A stretch of DNA of 32,000 bases from Dickeya dadantii NCPPB 898. GTDB taxonomy: Bacteria > Pseudomonadota > Gammaproteobacteria > Enterobacterales > Enterobacteriaceae. Each line of letters begins with the position of its first letter. Positions within the stretch are counted from its first letter, which is position 1. A program made the translations under genes and the position numbers. The stretch covers positions 4,609,545 through 4,641,544 of the forward strand of contig NZ_CM001976.1 of the NCBI RefSeq assembly GCF_000406145.1, in the 5' to 3' direction. This document shows positions 7,831 through 16,781 of this stretch, one piece after another. The notes under the pieces were generated by a model that saw nothing but the letters and a program-made list of their open reading frames with translations, did not search any database and was not told the DNA's origin.

Positions 7831-8034
7831 TAATGATATCGTTTAAGCTGACTAAAATATAAATAAATTCGGATATAATAAATCACCCAAAATGATGGAT
7901 GATATCAAGGTATAACACATCTACATAACGTGGACCTTATGCGCAGGCAGTGCTAATTCTGTGCACAGGTCCGAATCAACATGCAATATTAAAACCGCCA
8001 GAACCCACTGGCACCAGAGACGTTGTATTACTGA

Positions 8035-8451
8035 TTACCGGCTCCACCGGGGAGGAGCGATATTCTCCACGATATCTGAAAAAGAGATCAAAGGATCACG
8101 CCTTTTTACCGCCGCCTCTACACAGTGTTGCACCGGAGATTTATAAGGTGTATCGCCGATAATCACGTTGCTGCTACCGGAAACAATGAGGCCGCCGCAA
8201 TCAATGTCGTCACCTATTCGCGCGGCAGATTTCCCATTAATCGATACCGTAGAAGATCCTGATGCTATTTTTCTGCCATGCACACCATGAGGCCCCTGAG
8301 GGCAGGGACATCCGTGCATTTTTACCGTATCACCAACGCGTGCGGCCGGGAGACCGTTAATCAATACGTCAGCGCTGCCTTCTGTTACCGGAGTATCGGG
8401 AAAGCAATCATGTCCACTTCCGATGTCATTTAAGCGAGCCGCTCCTGGCAT
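8035..8451 (-). CDS. PAAR-domain protein (T6SS spike tip) with a roughly 40-aa C-terminal extension
   Basis: PAAR repeats LPAARVGD and KSAARIGD, plus the typical N-terminus ARLNDIGSGHDC and Cys/His cluster HGCPCPQGPHG. Confidence 0.85.
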   Translation of the reverse strand: MPGAARLNDIGSGHDCFPDTPVTEGSADVLINGLPAARVGDTVKMHGCPCPQGPHGVHGRKIASGSSTVSINGKSAARIGDDIDCGGLIVSGSSNVIIGDTPYKSPVQHCVEAAVKRRDPLISFSDIVENIAPPRWSR

Positions 8452-8781
8452 GTTACGCTCCTTCCTTTACTTGATTGATATTGTTTAACCTGACATACAG
8501 ATCTACTACGCTGCGGTGATGATATGACAACCTGTACACTACCTTTTGACGATCATTATGCCGTGATAACCCTACACCCCACGTCGCAACCCATCATTGA
8601 TGTCGGTCACCCCAATCACCGGTTTTCAAGACCATCGCTGTCGTTCAAATACGTTAAAGCGCCCGGCTCTCCGGTATCAATGCAGCGCTCGTTTTTTCGC
8701 TACGTAATTTCCCTTGTTAAAACGAGATAAAAACACTAAATCTTGACGACATCACGCCCATCATATCCAGAAGGAATACCC

Positions 8782-9000
8782 ATGCTGATTTATAACGTGT
8801 TTGGTCGGATTATTGGAGTCAAGCGACACCAGCAGCAATGGCTGGTATTTCGCGTCAACCTGAATGAAAGAAAGTATTCGCCGCTGCACGAGGTGGTGAT
8901 ACCAGATGATGTGGCGGAAGAGGAAATTCCTGTCTGGCTGGATGATATCTTCCACGAAGCAGCCAGCGATAAATATCCCCAGATATTCCGGATTGAATAA
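8782..9000 (+). CDS. 72-aa hypothetical protein
   Basis: ATG at 8782 with AAGGA RBS (8771-8775) is preferred over the TTG at 8743. No recognisable motif. Confidence 0.5.
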   Translation: MLIYNVFGRIIGVKRHQQQWLVFRVNLNERKYSPLHEVVIPDDVAEEEIPVWLDDIFHEAASDKYPQIFRIE

Positions 9001-9021
9001 TATTTCTGGCGGTTTATCGAC

Positions 9022-9048
9022 ATAAAAAAACCGGGTCGAAACCCGGTT
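9022..9048 (-). terminator. Rho-independent terminator of the DUF1471 gene; the hairpin may also serve the convergent + strand gene
   Basis: Stem AACCGGGT (9029-9036), loop CGAA, stem ACCCGGTT (9041-9048). On the minus strand the hairpin is followed by a T7 run (A-run 9024-9030 on the plus strand). Confidence 0.65.
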
Positions 9049-9138
9049 AACAACAGCATAAGACAGACACAAGGAGGGGGATTATTCATGATGATTGAGG
9101 GTGGGCGAGGGGTACGGTCCCCAACCTCATCAAACACG

Positions 9139-9384
9139 TTATTTATACAGAACCGCGTTGCCGTGCAGCGTGTCGTCACCCTGAACGGACGTGATCTGGA
9201 ACGATTTGGCGCCGGCGGCATCGGCTTTAGCGGCCAGTTGAGCCTGCAGACTATCGAGCGTGCTGGCGCTGGCGGAGATGCTGCCGACTTCCTGACCCTG
9301 CGGGTACTGGATTTCCGTTGCAGCAAAAGCGCCGACAGACAGTGTGCTCAGTGCGATGGCGGTAAAGACAGTTTTCATGTTCAT
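9139..9384 (-). CDS. YdgH/BhsA/McbA-family (DUF1471) small periplasmic stress protein
   Basis: The internal ATG at 9384 (MNMKTVFTAIALSTLSVGAFA signal peptide, AGGAA RBS) is preferred over the ORF-track start at 9492. The C-terminus ..FQITSVQGDDTLHGNAVLYK is typical of the family. Confidence 0.8.
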   Translation of the reverse strand: MNMKTVFTAIALSTLSVGAFAATEIQYPQGQEVGSISASASTLDSLQAQLAAKADAAGAKSFQITSVQGDDTLHGNAVLYK

Positions 9385-9797
9385 GATAGCTTCCTTTTTT
9401 ACGTTTTCGTTGTTGAGGGCGTTTGTAAATGACAAGTCAATTATCACCACAGTAACTATACCCCACTTCACAAAAAGTGCGATCCATATCACACTCTTAT
9501 GTCAGTAATATGAAAAAATAAGGTATTCAATAGATTACCGATATCCACTCTCGCGAATTTTTTCGGATGGGCCGGCAAACGCATTCTGGCGTTATCAAAA
9601 GCCAGTCGGCTCAGGAAAACGCCCCGGAAAAACATGCAATTTATGGAACGCACCGGGAAGAGCGGGAAATCAGCGGGTATACGCATGAACATGCGGAAAG
9701 GCAGCAAGAGTAAAACGCCACACGCGCCAGCCGTCAGACCAGACACGTGTGGCGGGAGATCACGCCCTGTCAGGCAACCGTCGCCGGCGCTGTTTTA

Positions 9798-12485
9798 TCA
9801 GGGATGACTCCACATTGATGGGTAGCTTTCACCATTGCCGTTCACGGCAACAACCCGGTAGTAGTAGCCGCCAGCCGGTACTTTTGAACTGTCGCTGTAG
9901 GCGTTAGCGCTAACGGTGGCGATCGTCCGGTAATCACCGTTTTCACCGGTGGCACGTAATATTTTGTAGCGCTCGGCGCCGGATGCCGCCGTCCAGGATA
10001 GCCCGGTGACGCCGTTGCTGCTGTGCGCTTTCAGGTACAGCGGCGTGCCGGGCACCGGTTTGGCATCACGGGTGCCATCCAGATAGAGCACCACGCTGGC
10101 ACGCGGCCCCACGGTCACATCGCCCGATTGCGTTCGCTGCGAAACCAGATCTTCCGCCGCGTTGAAACCGACCGGTGTTTTCAGCACGTAGCTATTGCTG
10201 GCGTTGGCGTTAATCCCCATCAGATAGTGGCCGAAACGCAAAGCGTAAAAATCGGCCTTACCGCGGAACGGATCGTCGCTGGACGCATCGGTCGGCGTCG
10301 ACCCCAGCGGCAGCAGCTCGCCGGCATAGGCGTTATCCGGCGGATTAGGCGGCGTGTAAGGGGTTTTCTCCGGCATATCGATGATGTTGGGGCGCGCATA
10401 CACCGAGGTCGCTCGGAAGATTGGCGTGGTTTCCAGTACGCCGTATTGGTCATAGCCGGACGTACTAAAGTGGAAGCGCGCCAGACCGTTGATGCCCGTC
10501 CCCGCTTTCGCCTCCCAGTAAGCGCTCAGCCACAGGCGTTCATCTCCTTTTTTGATCGCGGCGATAGCGTTCTCTTCATCCACCCAGGCAAAGTCAGGCT
10601 GCCCGTCCGTCATCGGCAGACGCACACCGCTGTCGCTCGCCGCTTTGATCGTCTGATAATCGGCGAATACGTCCAGCGCTTCAAACGCGGACTCCGACCC
10701 GGCCAGATTGGCGAAAAACTGATTATCGTCCAGCATTTGTCTGGCGTAACCCATGAGCGTCGCATCTTTGCTGGCGGCGGCGACACGCAACGCCTTAGCG
10801 CGTTCGTTGGTATTCACCGCGTCGGCATAAGCGATGTAACCGGCGAAATTGCCGTCGCTTTCATGCGCGCCGCGCCAGGCCAGCAGGCCAATCGCTTCCA
10901 TCGAACGGTAGGTGGCGCCATTACTGATTTCAATCGCCGGACGGCGGAACGGCGCGCGCGCTTTGGTCATTTTCACCATCTGCGTGCGGAAATCCTCATT
11001 ACCGGTGACACGATAATATTCCGCCAGATACGACTGCACTTCCCCATACCCCGCGCCGACATAGCCCCACTCGCGGGTCTGGCCTTTGTCGGTGACCTGA
11101 TAGTAGTTGCTGCCAAACGGTTTCCAACCGCCATCATCCGGCAGGCCATTGCCATTACTGTCCGCCTTATCATCACCGCTCCACGGTAAAAGCCCGACAG
11201 CTTCCTTGATATAGCGCTGCGCGGTTTCCTCCGGAAAAGCGCGCGAATCTTTCAGTACCAGCATGCCTTTGTTGGCGAAGTAGATGTTGGTATTGGCTAT
11301 CAGGTTCTGGTTGCTCAACCTCAGGCGATTTTGCAACCGGCCGTATTCACGGCTGGCAAACAGCATGTCGGCCCAGGCGATACGGCGTTTTTTAGTACCG
11401 GCGGCACCATAGCTGACTGAGGCATTGAGGATATCGGCAGTCAGCATCTCGCGCAGGTAATAGATCGCCTGCCCCTGCGAGCCAAAATTTCCCCCCCAAT
11501 TTTTCACGGTGTTGTTGTCGGCATAGTATTGCGCGGCGTAAGCATCCAGTGTGGCGACGACCTGGCTCACCACCGCCGGATTTTGGTAGCTTTTCAGTTC
11601 CGGAATGGCGTACGCATGAGCGAGATACCGCAAATCTCCGCCGGAAAGATTCGCGGTTGTCGGCTCCTTGCCAAGCAGGCTGGTGATACGGTTATTGATG
11701 GCAACGCGGAACGAACCGTTCGCGCCCAGCATCTCATCGCCCGGGGAAGGACGGGTGCTGACCGCCGGCGCACTGCCCTGCCTTTCGCCCGAAACATCAA
11801 GGAATGGCTCAACATGGGTGTAAGCCCGGTAAATCCCGCGGCTCGGCACGTTCATCGCGTACTGATACGGATTGCTGGCATCCGGGCCGCCGTTGCCGAA
11901 CGGATAGAGACGGCCGGTGGACACAATTTTCAGGGTAACGCTACTGCTGCCTTTGGTCATCGCGTAAGGCAGCAAGGTGGTTGAGTAGAAGAAGCGCCCT
12001 GGCAACGGCTTATTCCAGTGGGTGACGCTGAGCGGCGCATAGTCGCCTTCGTGACGGTAGCCGACCTGATAATCAACGCCATCCCTGACGATATACAAGT
12101 AAAGGCGACCAGTATCGTAGTTACCGTCATCTTCACCCCACAGCTTGACGGAAACGTAGTTACGGCGCAGCGGATCCACCCGCAGGGTAACCGTCAGGCT
12201 GCCGCCATACACGCCTGCCGGGCTGAGCGGCAGTAATTTACGGGCGGATTCGCCCAGCCCACCGGAGAGCGTCTGGCTATTATTTTCGATCAGACTATGG
12301 CTTTTCTCCGACGCGCTGTCGCCAAACGAAACCTGATCAATCGTCCCAACCGCCGTAGCCGCGGCTGATGACGACGTGGCTCCTGAACCCGAACTCTCGG
12401 CGGCAATGGCCGCATGATTTGCCGTTGTAGCCGCCAGCGCCAGCGCAACCAGCCACGCCGGTCTGAACACCGTGTTTTTCTGCAT
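9798..12485 (-). CDS. 895-aa secreted protein with a C-terminal fibronectin-type-III-like domain; possibly a polysaccharide-active enzyme (function uncertain)
   Basis: Signal peptide MQKNTVFRPAWLVALALAATTANHAAIA. The C-terminal LSWTAASGAERYKILRATGENGDYRTIATVSANAYSDSSKVPAGGYYYRVVAVNGNGES is FN3-like. No catalytic family was recognised by eye. Confidence 0.8.
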   Translation of the reverse strand: MQKNTVFRPAWLVALALAATTANHAAIAAESSGSGATSSSAAATAVGTIDQVSFGDSASEKSHSLIENNSQTLSGGLGESARKLLPLSPAGVYGGSLTVTLRVDPLRRNYVSVKLWGEDDGNYDTGRLYLYIVRDGVDYQVGYRHEGDYAPLSVTHWNKPLPGRFFYSTTLLPYAMTKGSSSVTLKIVSTGRLYPFGNGGPDASNPYQYAMNVPSRGIYRAYTHVEPFLDVSGERQGSAPAVSTRPSPGDEMLGANGSFRVAINNRITSLLGKEPTTANLSGGDLRYLAHAYAIPELKSYQNPAVVSQVVATLDAYAAQYYADNNTVKNWGGNFGSQGQAIYYLREMLTADILNASVSYGAAGTKKRRIAWADMLFASREYGRLQNRLRLSNQNLIANTNIYFANKGMLVLKDSRAFPEETAQRYIKEAVGLLPWSGDDKADSNGNGLPDDGGWKPFGSNYYQVTDKGQTREWGYVGAGYGEVQSYLAEYYRVTGNEDFRTQMVKMTKARAPFRRPAIEISNGATYRSMEAIGLLAWRGAHESDGNFAGYIAYADAVNTNERAKALRVAAASKDATLMGYARQMLDDNQFFANLAGSESAFEALDVFADYQTIKAASDSGVRLPMTDGQPDFAWVDEENAIAAIKKGDERLWLSAYWEAKAGTGINGLARFHFSTSGYDQYGVLETTPIFRATSVYARPNIIDMPEKTPYTPPNPPDNAYAGELLPLGSTPTDASSDDPFRGKADFYALRFGHYLMGINANASNSYVLKTPVGFNAAEDLVSQRTQSGDVTVGPRASVVLYLDGTRDAKPVPGTPLYLKAHSSNGVTGLSWTAASGAERYKILRATGENGDYRTIATVSANAYSDSSKVPAGGYYYRVVAVNGNGESYPSMWSHP

Positions 12486-13052
12486 AGGTCAGTCCCTTTT
12501 TCCAGTTTTTTATCATCCGTGCAGTCCTATCAGATGACAATGACAAAACGAATACATCATTACCACACTAATACTTCCATCAATTAACCATAGTTTCTCG
12601 ACGCTATTGATACTTTTTTAGTATCACCTTCCCACGCGTCGTCTACATACCCTAAGCCGACGTCGTCAGGTGGAAACAGCATGTAGAAAAGTCGGGATTA
12701 CAACACATCGCGCTCCTCTGTCGGATCGGCGTCAGTATTTATGGCAACAACCCTGTCCGCCAATTAATCATACCGGCGCTTTATGCCCGAAAAACACCGA
12801 CCAGACGGCGCGTGACCGTTAATCACATCAGACCTCCTGATGGGTTTTATCACGACAACAGAGGGGATTGCTCTGCTGGCAGCGGCCATAATGAGGATAG
12901 AAAAGGAAATAATATGTCAACTAATGAAAATAAACTTTCCTTAAATGAATGCAAATAATCACGCTGGAAAAGCAAGCGGTAAAAACGTTAACATATATCC
13001 CCACCAGGTGAGTTTTGCGTAAAAAGACATAAAAGTGATGACAGGGGGAAAT

Positions 13053-13691
13053 ATGTTAGAAATATTTGATGTGAGTTTTAGCTTAATGTCAAATAACAAG
13101 CTAGATGAGGTGTTTGCACTACGCAAAGGGACATTTAAGGACCGTCTGGACTGGACCGTCAACTGTATTAACGGGATGGAATTTGACGAGTACGATAATG
13201 AACATACCACCTACTTGTTAGGTGTCAAGGAAGGAAAAATCATTTGTAGTGTCAGATTTATAGAAATGAAATATCCCAACATGATTACTGGCACATTTTT
13301 CTCTTATTTCGACGGCCTCAACATTCCCGAAGGGAATTATATTGAATCCAGCCGATTTTTCGTCGACCGCGATCGGGTGAGAAATTTGATTGGCACCCGT
13401 AATCCAGCTTGCCTGACATTATTTCTTGCCATGATCAATTACGCCAGAAAATATCATTATGATGGGATATTCACGATTGTCAGCCACCCGATGCTGACCT
13501 TGTTAAAACGTTCAGGCTGGCGCATTTCCATCATTCAGCAGGGGTTATCAGAAAAACAGGAGAAAATTTATCTGCTGCATCTGCCCACTGACGATGAAAG
13601 CCGATACGCGCTGATCGAGCGCATTACACGGATAACCAACGCCGAATCCGAGCAGCTTACGACCTTGCCTTTGCTGGTCCCACTGGCTTGA
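13053..13691 (+). CDS. expI: acyl-homoserine-lactone synthase (LuxI family)
   Basis: MLEIFDV.. start with GGGGGA RBS. LuxI hallmarks are LRKGTFKDRLDWTV, EFDEYDN, ESSRFFVD and TIVSHPMLTLLKRSGW. It is convergent with a LuxR-type gene, as in soft-rot Pectobacteriaceae. Confidence 0.9.
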   Translation: MLEIFDVSFSLMSNNKLDEVFALRKGTFKDRLDWTVNCINGMEFDEYDNEHTTYLLGVKEGKIICSVRFIEMKYPNMITGTFFSYFDGLNIPEGNYIESSRFFVDRDRVRNLIGTRNPACLTLFLAMINYARKYHYDGIFTIVSHPMLTLLKRSGWRISIIQQGLSEKQEKIYLLHLPTDDESRYALIERITRITNAESEQLTTLPLLVPLA

Positions 13692-14409
13692 TCAGGTTCA
13701 TTTCAACGCCGAGCCGGATAGCATGCTTGGCATTCAGCACGCCCAGTTTTTTCACAACGTTGCCGATATGAAATTTTACTGTACTGGTGGTGATACCGAG
13801 AATAAGCGCAATCTCCTGATAGGTTTTTCCCATACTCGCCCAGTAGAGAATTTCGTTTTCTCTTTGTGAGAAAAGATCGGCTTCCTGCGACTTGCTGTTG
13901 TTTCTGTTTCTGCTCATCTCTCGGTACAGAGAGGTGAGTTTTTCATGCGCTGAAATCAACAGCATTTGCAATTTATCTTTATTATTCTGAATAATTTCTT
14001 CCAGTTCTTCGCTGCGGTGCTCTTCAATCATAAAAGACAAGGCGGCCAGGTTGTTACCCGGATCGTGCAATACAAAGGTATAACCATTAACAATGTCGTA
14101 ATCTTTGGAGAGATTGAATATTCTGGAAAACTTCAATTTTGAACTGATGACCAGATCATCATCCCAGGAGAAAGGGGAAATTTTGTTGATAGCGGTCAGA
14201 ATTACCGGGTCAATATGCTGATAGTTATTATTTCTGTAAATATCAACCCACTCCGTCGGATAGTTGGAGATGATCACAACGTCCGTCGGTTTCTTCTTGT
14301 TCATGATCAAATAGGCGTACTTGGGGTCGCCATAGCTTTTTAACTTTCTGTTAAGATAGCTTTGTATTGTGCTATTGATGAAGTCAACGTTAGAGAATGA
14401 TATAGACAT
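13657..14409 (-). CDS. expR: LuxR-family AHL-responsive transcriptional regulator
   Basis: Start MSISFSNVDF.. at 14409 with GGGAGAG RBS (the ORF-track start 14544 is rejected). It has an autoinducer-binding N-terminal region and a C-terminal HTH ENEILYWASMGKTYQEIALILGITTSTVKFHIGNVVKKLGV. Confidence 0.9.
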   Translation of the reverse strand: MSISFSNVDFINSTIQSYLNRKLKSYGDPKYAYLIMNKKKPTDVVIISNYPTEWVDIYRNNNYQHIDPVILTAINKISPFSWDDDLVISSKLKFSRIFNLSKDYDIVNGYTFVLHDPGNNLAALSFMIEEHRSEELEEIIQNNKDKLQMLLISAHEKLTSLYREMSRNRNNSKSQEADLFSQRENEILYWASMGKTYQEIALILGITTSTVKFHIGNVVKKLGVLNAKHAIRLGVEMNLIKPVGPAKARS

Positions 14410-14797
14410 CCAACTCTCCCAAAATCGCGTGCGACAGCCCAGCCTGACCATAACGGCACGAAAGTATAGTATCAACCTATACCTAAGTCTAACTATCTTT
14501 CCCGATACAAAATCCTTAGAATTTTCAAAAAATAACATCAACACAAAAATAAAAACATCTGATCCGCTTTAAAGATCGGAAAGCCAAATTGGCGCACACC
14601 AGGGAAATATCCGTTAGTTTATTATTTCTATGCCTTAAATAATTCGGGTAGCAGGACAAGGCTCATTATGAGCCAGGTAACGCGGCCCCCCAGTGAATCA
14701 CCGAAAGCTGGCATAAGTCAGCGACGGGGATGAATGCAGGCGGCCAACCTATCTGTCATCCTAAGTATGGCGGGCAATAACGCTGTATTGTTAGCCC

Positions 14798-14840
14798 TTC
14801 TCTCTCTTGTGTTATCCTCCACGATTCGCAGGAGAGAGAA
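14798..14840. promoter_or_regulatory. 9-bp inverted repeat TTCTCTCTC ... GAGAGAGAA in the expR / biosynthetic-operon intergenic region
   Basis: Arms at 14798-14806 and 14832-14840, separated by 25 nt. It lies about 320 bp upstream of the first operon gene. This could be an operator or an RNA hairpin. Confidence 0.3.
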
Positions 14841-15154
14841 AGGTCATTTTCTTCCTCTGCTTATTTTCGCCCGGCACCTTGCCATTCCCTCAAATATCCC
14901 TTTTGTCTGTTCTGTATCTGACGGAATACCCGGATCACATCCTGTTATATCGCGCACGCGCTCCCCGCAGAATGTTGATGATGGAAACATTCGGATAAAA
15001 AACGTGATAACGCCGCTATCAGAATAAACTACACCGATTTTACCGCCGATCTGACGGTATTACTCCTCCCACATCGGCTGGCGTGCAATTTCAAACAAAA
15101 CGCCTGAATAACGCTGGTTATACTCCCGTCAAAGAGACAGATAAGGGGAGTAGA

Positions 15155-15466
15155 ATGGATTATTCGGTAATTATTCATCATGATGATGACACCTTGCATA
15201 CCCTCCTGCGCGACAAACTCAGCGCGATTGGCGTCGATAACGGCCGTATCGCCGAGATCTTTCAGGGAGCCCCCTTGTTCGGTGAAGAGGGGCGGCTGGA
15301 CTCCATCAATATCGTCACCCTGATCGCCATGCTCAGCGACCACTGCGAAGCGGCCTATAACCTGAGCGGCGATTTGTTCGACCTGACGGACGACCGCGTT
15401 TTTGATGCGTTCCAGAATCTGACCAGTCTGACGCGCTTCCTGCGCGAGCGGCTTCGCCATGGCTGA
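15155..15466 (+). CDS. free-standing acyl/peptidyl carrier protein (first gene of the Vfm-type operon)
   Basis: ATG at 15155 with AAGGGGAG RBS (the ORF-track start 15083 is rejected). The canonical phosphopantetheine site is in GRLDSINIVTLIAML. Confidence 0.75.
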   Translation: MDYSVIIHHDDDTLHTLLRDKLSAIGVDNGRIAEIFQGAPLFGEEGRLDSINIVTLIAMLSDHCEAAYNLSGDLFDLTDDRVFDAFQNLTSLTRFLRERLRHG

Positions 15467-16781
15467 CCCCACCCCTCCCGTTGCTGCTGAGGCGGGTTCG
15501 CTGTTCGCCAACGGCTATGTAGAAGAGATTCCTGTTGCCAATATTGCCGACCGCATCGGCACGCCTTTCTATGTTTACAGCGCCCGTCAGCTACGCCGCC
15601 AGCTTCAGCAGCTCCGCCAGCAACTGCCAACCGGAACCGCAATTTATTATTCTTTGAAAGCCAATCCTAATCTTTCGGTGGTTAGAGCGTTGGCGGAACA
15701 GGGGGCGGGGTGTGAGGTCTGCTCGCCAGCCGAGCTGAAAACCGCGTTGGCGGCAGGCGTCTCACCGCAGCACATCCTGTATGTCGGGCCGGGCAAATCT
15801 CTGCCGGCGCTGAAACTCGCCATTGACTGCGGCATCCAGGCAATTGTGGTGGAGTCGGTAACAGAGCTGGATAACCTCAACCGGCTGGCCGCACGGGCCA
15901 ATACCGTGCAGACGGTGGCGCTGCGCATCAATCCGGATTTCAGCAGCGCGCACGCCCGGCTGGTGATGAGCGGCAAACCTACCCAGTTCGGCATGACGCG
16001 GGATACCCTGCATACCGTGCTGGTCAGCCTGCACCGCTGGCCTTCCATTTCCCTGCGCGGTTTTCATGTTTATCTGGGTACCCGAATCCTCAATGCGCAG
16101 GCCATCGCCGACAACACCCGTAATATTCTGCAACTGGCGCTGGATCTCCGCAACACGCACCGGTTAACGCTGGATTTCGTCGATGTCGGCGGCGGTTTCG
16201 GCGTACCCTATTTTCCGAAGGAAACGCCGTTGGATCTGCCGGCGTTAGGCGCGGCCATCGCGTCGATCGTGGCGGATTTCCGCCGCCGGGCCGCCGACAC
16301 GCAAATCATCATCGAACTGGGACGTTATCTGGTGGCGGAAGCCGGCCTGTTCGTCACCCGGGTCAACACCCTGAAAACCGCCGGCGGGAAAACGTTCGCC
16401 GTCTGTGACGGCGGCGCCAATTGCCACAGTGCGGCGGCCGGCCTGAACAGCATGCTGCGCAAAAACTTTCCGTTGTTGCGGCTGGGCGACAACCAGGGGC
16501 GGCCGTTGCAGCCTTATCAGGTCAGCGGACCGCTTTGCACGCCCACCGATCTGCTGGGCGACAATGTGCTGCTACCAACGCTGGAGGTCGACGACCTGAT
16601 CGGCATCACCCACTCCGGCGCTTACGGGCTAACCGCGTCGCCGGGTTCGTTCCTCAGTTTCGGTTACCCGGTGGAAGTGATGGTGGACGGTCGACGCCTC
16701 ACGCTGATACGCCAGCCGGAAACCACGGAACAACTGCTGGCCCGGCAACAGCCGGTCGACCTCTGCGGGGATACGCCATGA
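15459..16781 (+). CDS. PLP-dependent decarboxylase, Orn/DAP/Arg decarboxylase (alanine-racemase fold) family; tentatively vfmK by position
   Basis: PLP lysine in YYSLKANPN. Other family motifs are VDVGGGFGVPY, SGPLCTPTD and HSGAYG. Its start overlaps the carrier-protein stop (ATGGCTGA). Confidence 0.85.
   Translation: MADPTPPVAAEAGSLFANGYVEEIPVANIADRIGTPFYVYSARQLRRQLQQLRQQLPTGTAIYYSLKANPNLSVVRALAEQGAGCEVCSPAELKTALAAGVSPQHILYVGPGKSLPALKLAIDCGIQAIVVESVTELDNLNRLAARANTVQTVALRINPDFSSAHARLVMSGKPTQFGMTRDTLHTVLVSLHRWPSISLRGFHVYLGTRILNAQAIADNTRNILQLALDLRNTHRLTLDFVDVGGGFGVPYFPKETPLDLPALGAAIASIVADFRRRAADTQIIIELGRYLVAEAGLFVTRVNTLKTAGGKTFAVCDGGANCHSAAAGLNSMLRKNFPLLRLGDNQGRPLQPYQVSGPLCTPTDLLGDNVLLPTLEVDDLIGITHSGAYGLTASPGSFLSFGYPVEVMVDGRRLTLIRQPETTEQLLARQQPVDLCGDTP

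Noticed and set aside
8524-8730. 68-aa ORF upstream of the PAAR gene
   Set aside because: It has no RBS and no motif, and it lies in the probable PAAR promoter region.
9489-9746. 85-aa ORF on the - strand
   Set aside because: It has no RBS or motif. It lies in the intergenic region between the secreted-protein gene and the DUF1471 gene.
10023-11189. 388-aa ORF on the + strand
   Set aside because: It is antisense to the 895-aa secreted-protein gene. Its Arg/Gly/Ala-rich, low-complexity translation is typical of spurious antisense ORFs in GC-rich DNA.
12914-12958. 14-codon mini-ORF MSTNENKLSLNECK with an AGGAA RBS upstream of expI
   Set aside because: It is too short to evaluate without conservation data. 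It is noted only as a possible leader peptide.
12486-13052. Search for a lux-box-type 20-bp palindrome upstream of expI
   Set aside because: Only short palindromes (AACGTT, GTTAAC) were seen by eye, and nothing resembles ACCTGTAGGATCGTACAGGT. No call was made.
14873-14883. GGCACCTTGCC considered as a sigma54 -24/-12 promoter
   Set aside because: The GG and GC elements are about 8 nt apart rather than the roughly 12 nt required, so it does not fit the consensus.
14734-15027. ORFs 14734-15027 and 14807-14998 in the expR/vfm intergenic region
   Set aside because: They have no RBS and odd composition, and they overlap each other. The region is better explained as a promoter or regulatory region.
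16421-16777. 5' extension of the ORF 16421-17689
   Set aside because: It overlaps the decarboxylase gene in another frame and is Arg/Ala/Gly-rich. The ATG at 16778 forms an ATGA overlap with the decarboxylase stop, and the resulting N-terminus aligns with the paralog at 27192.
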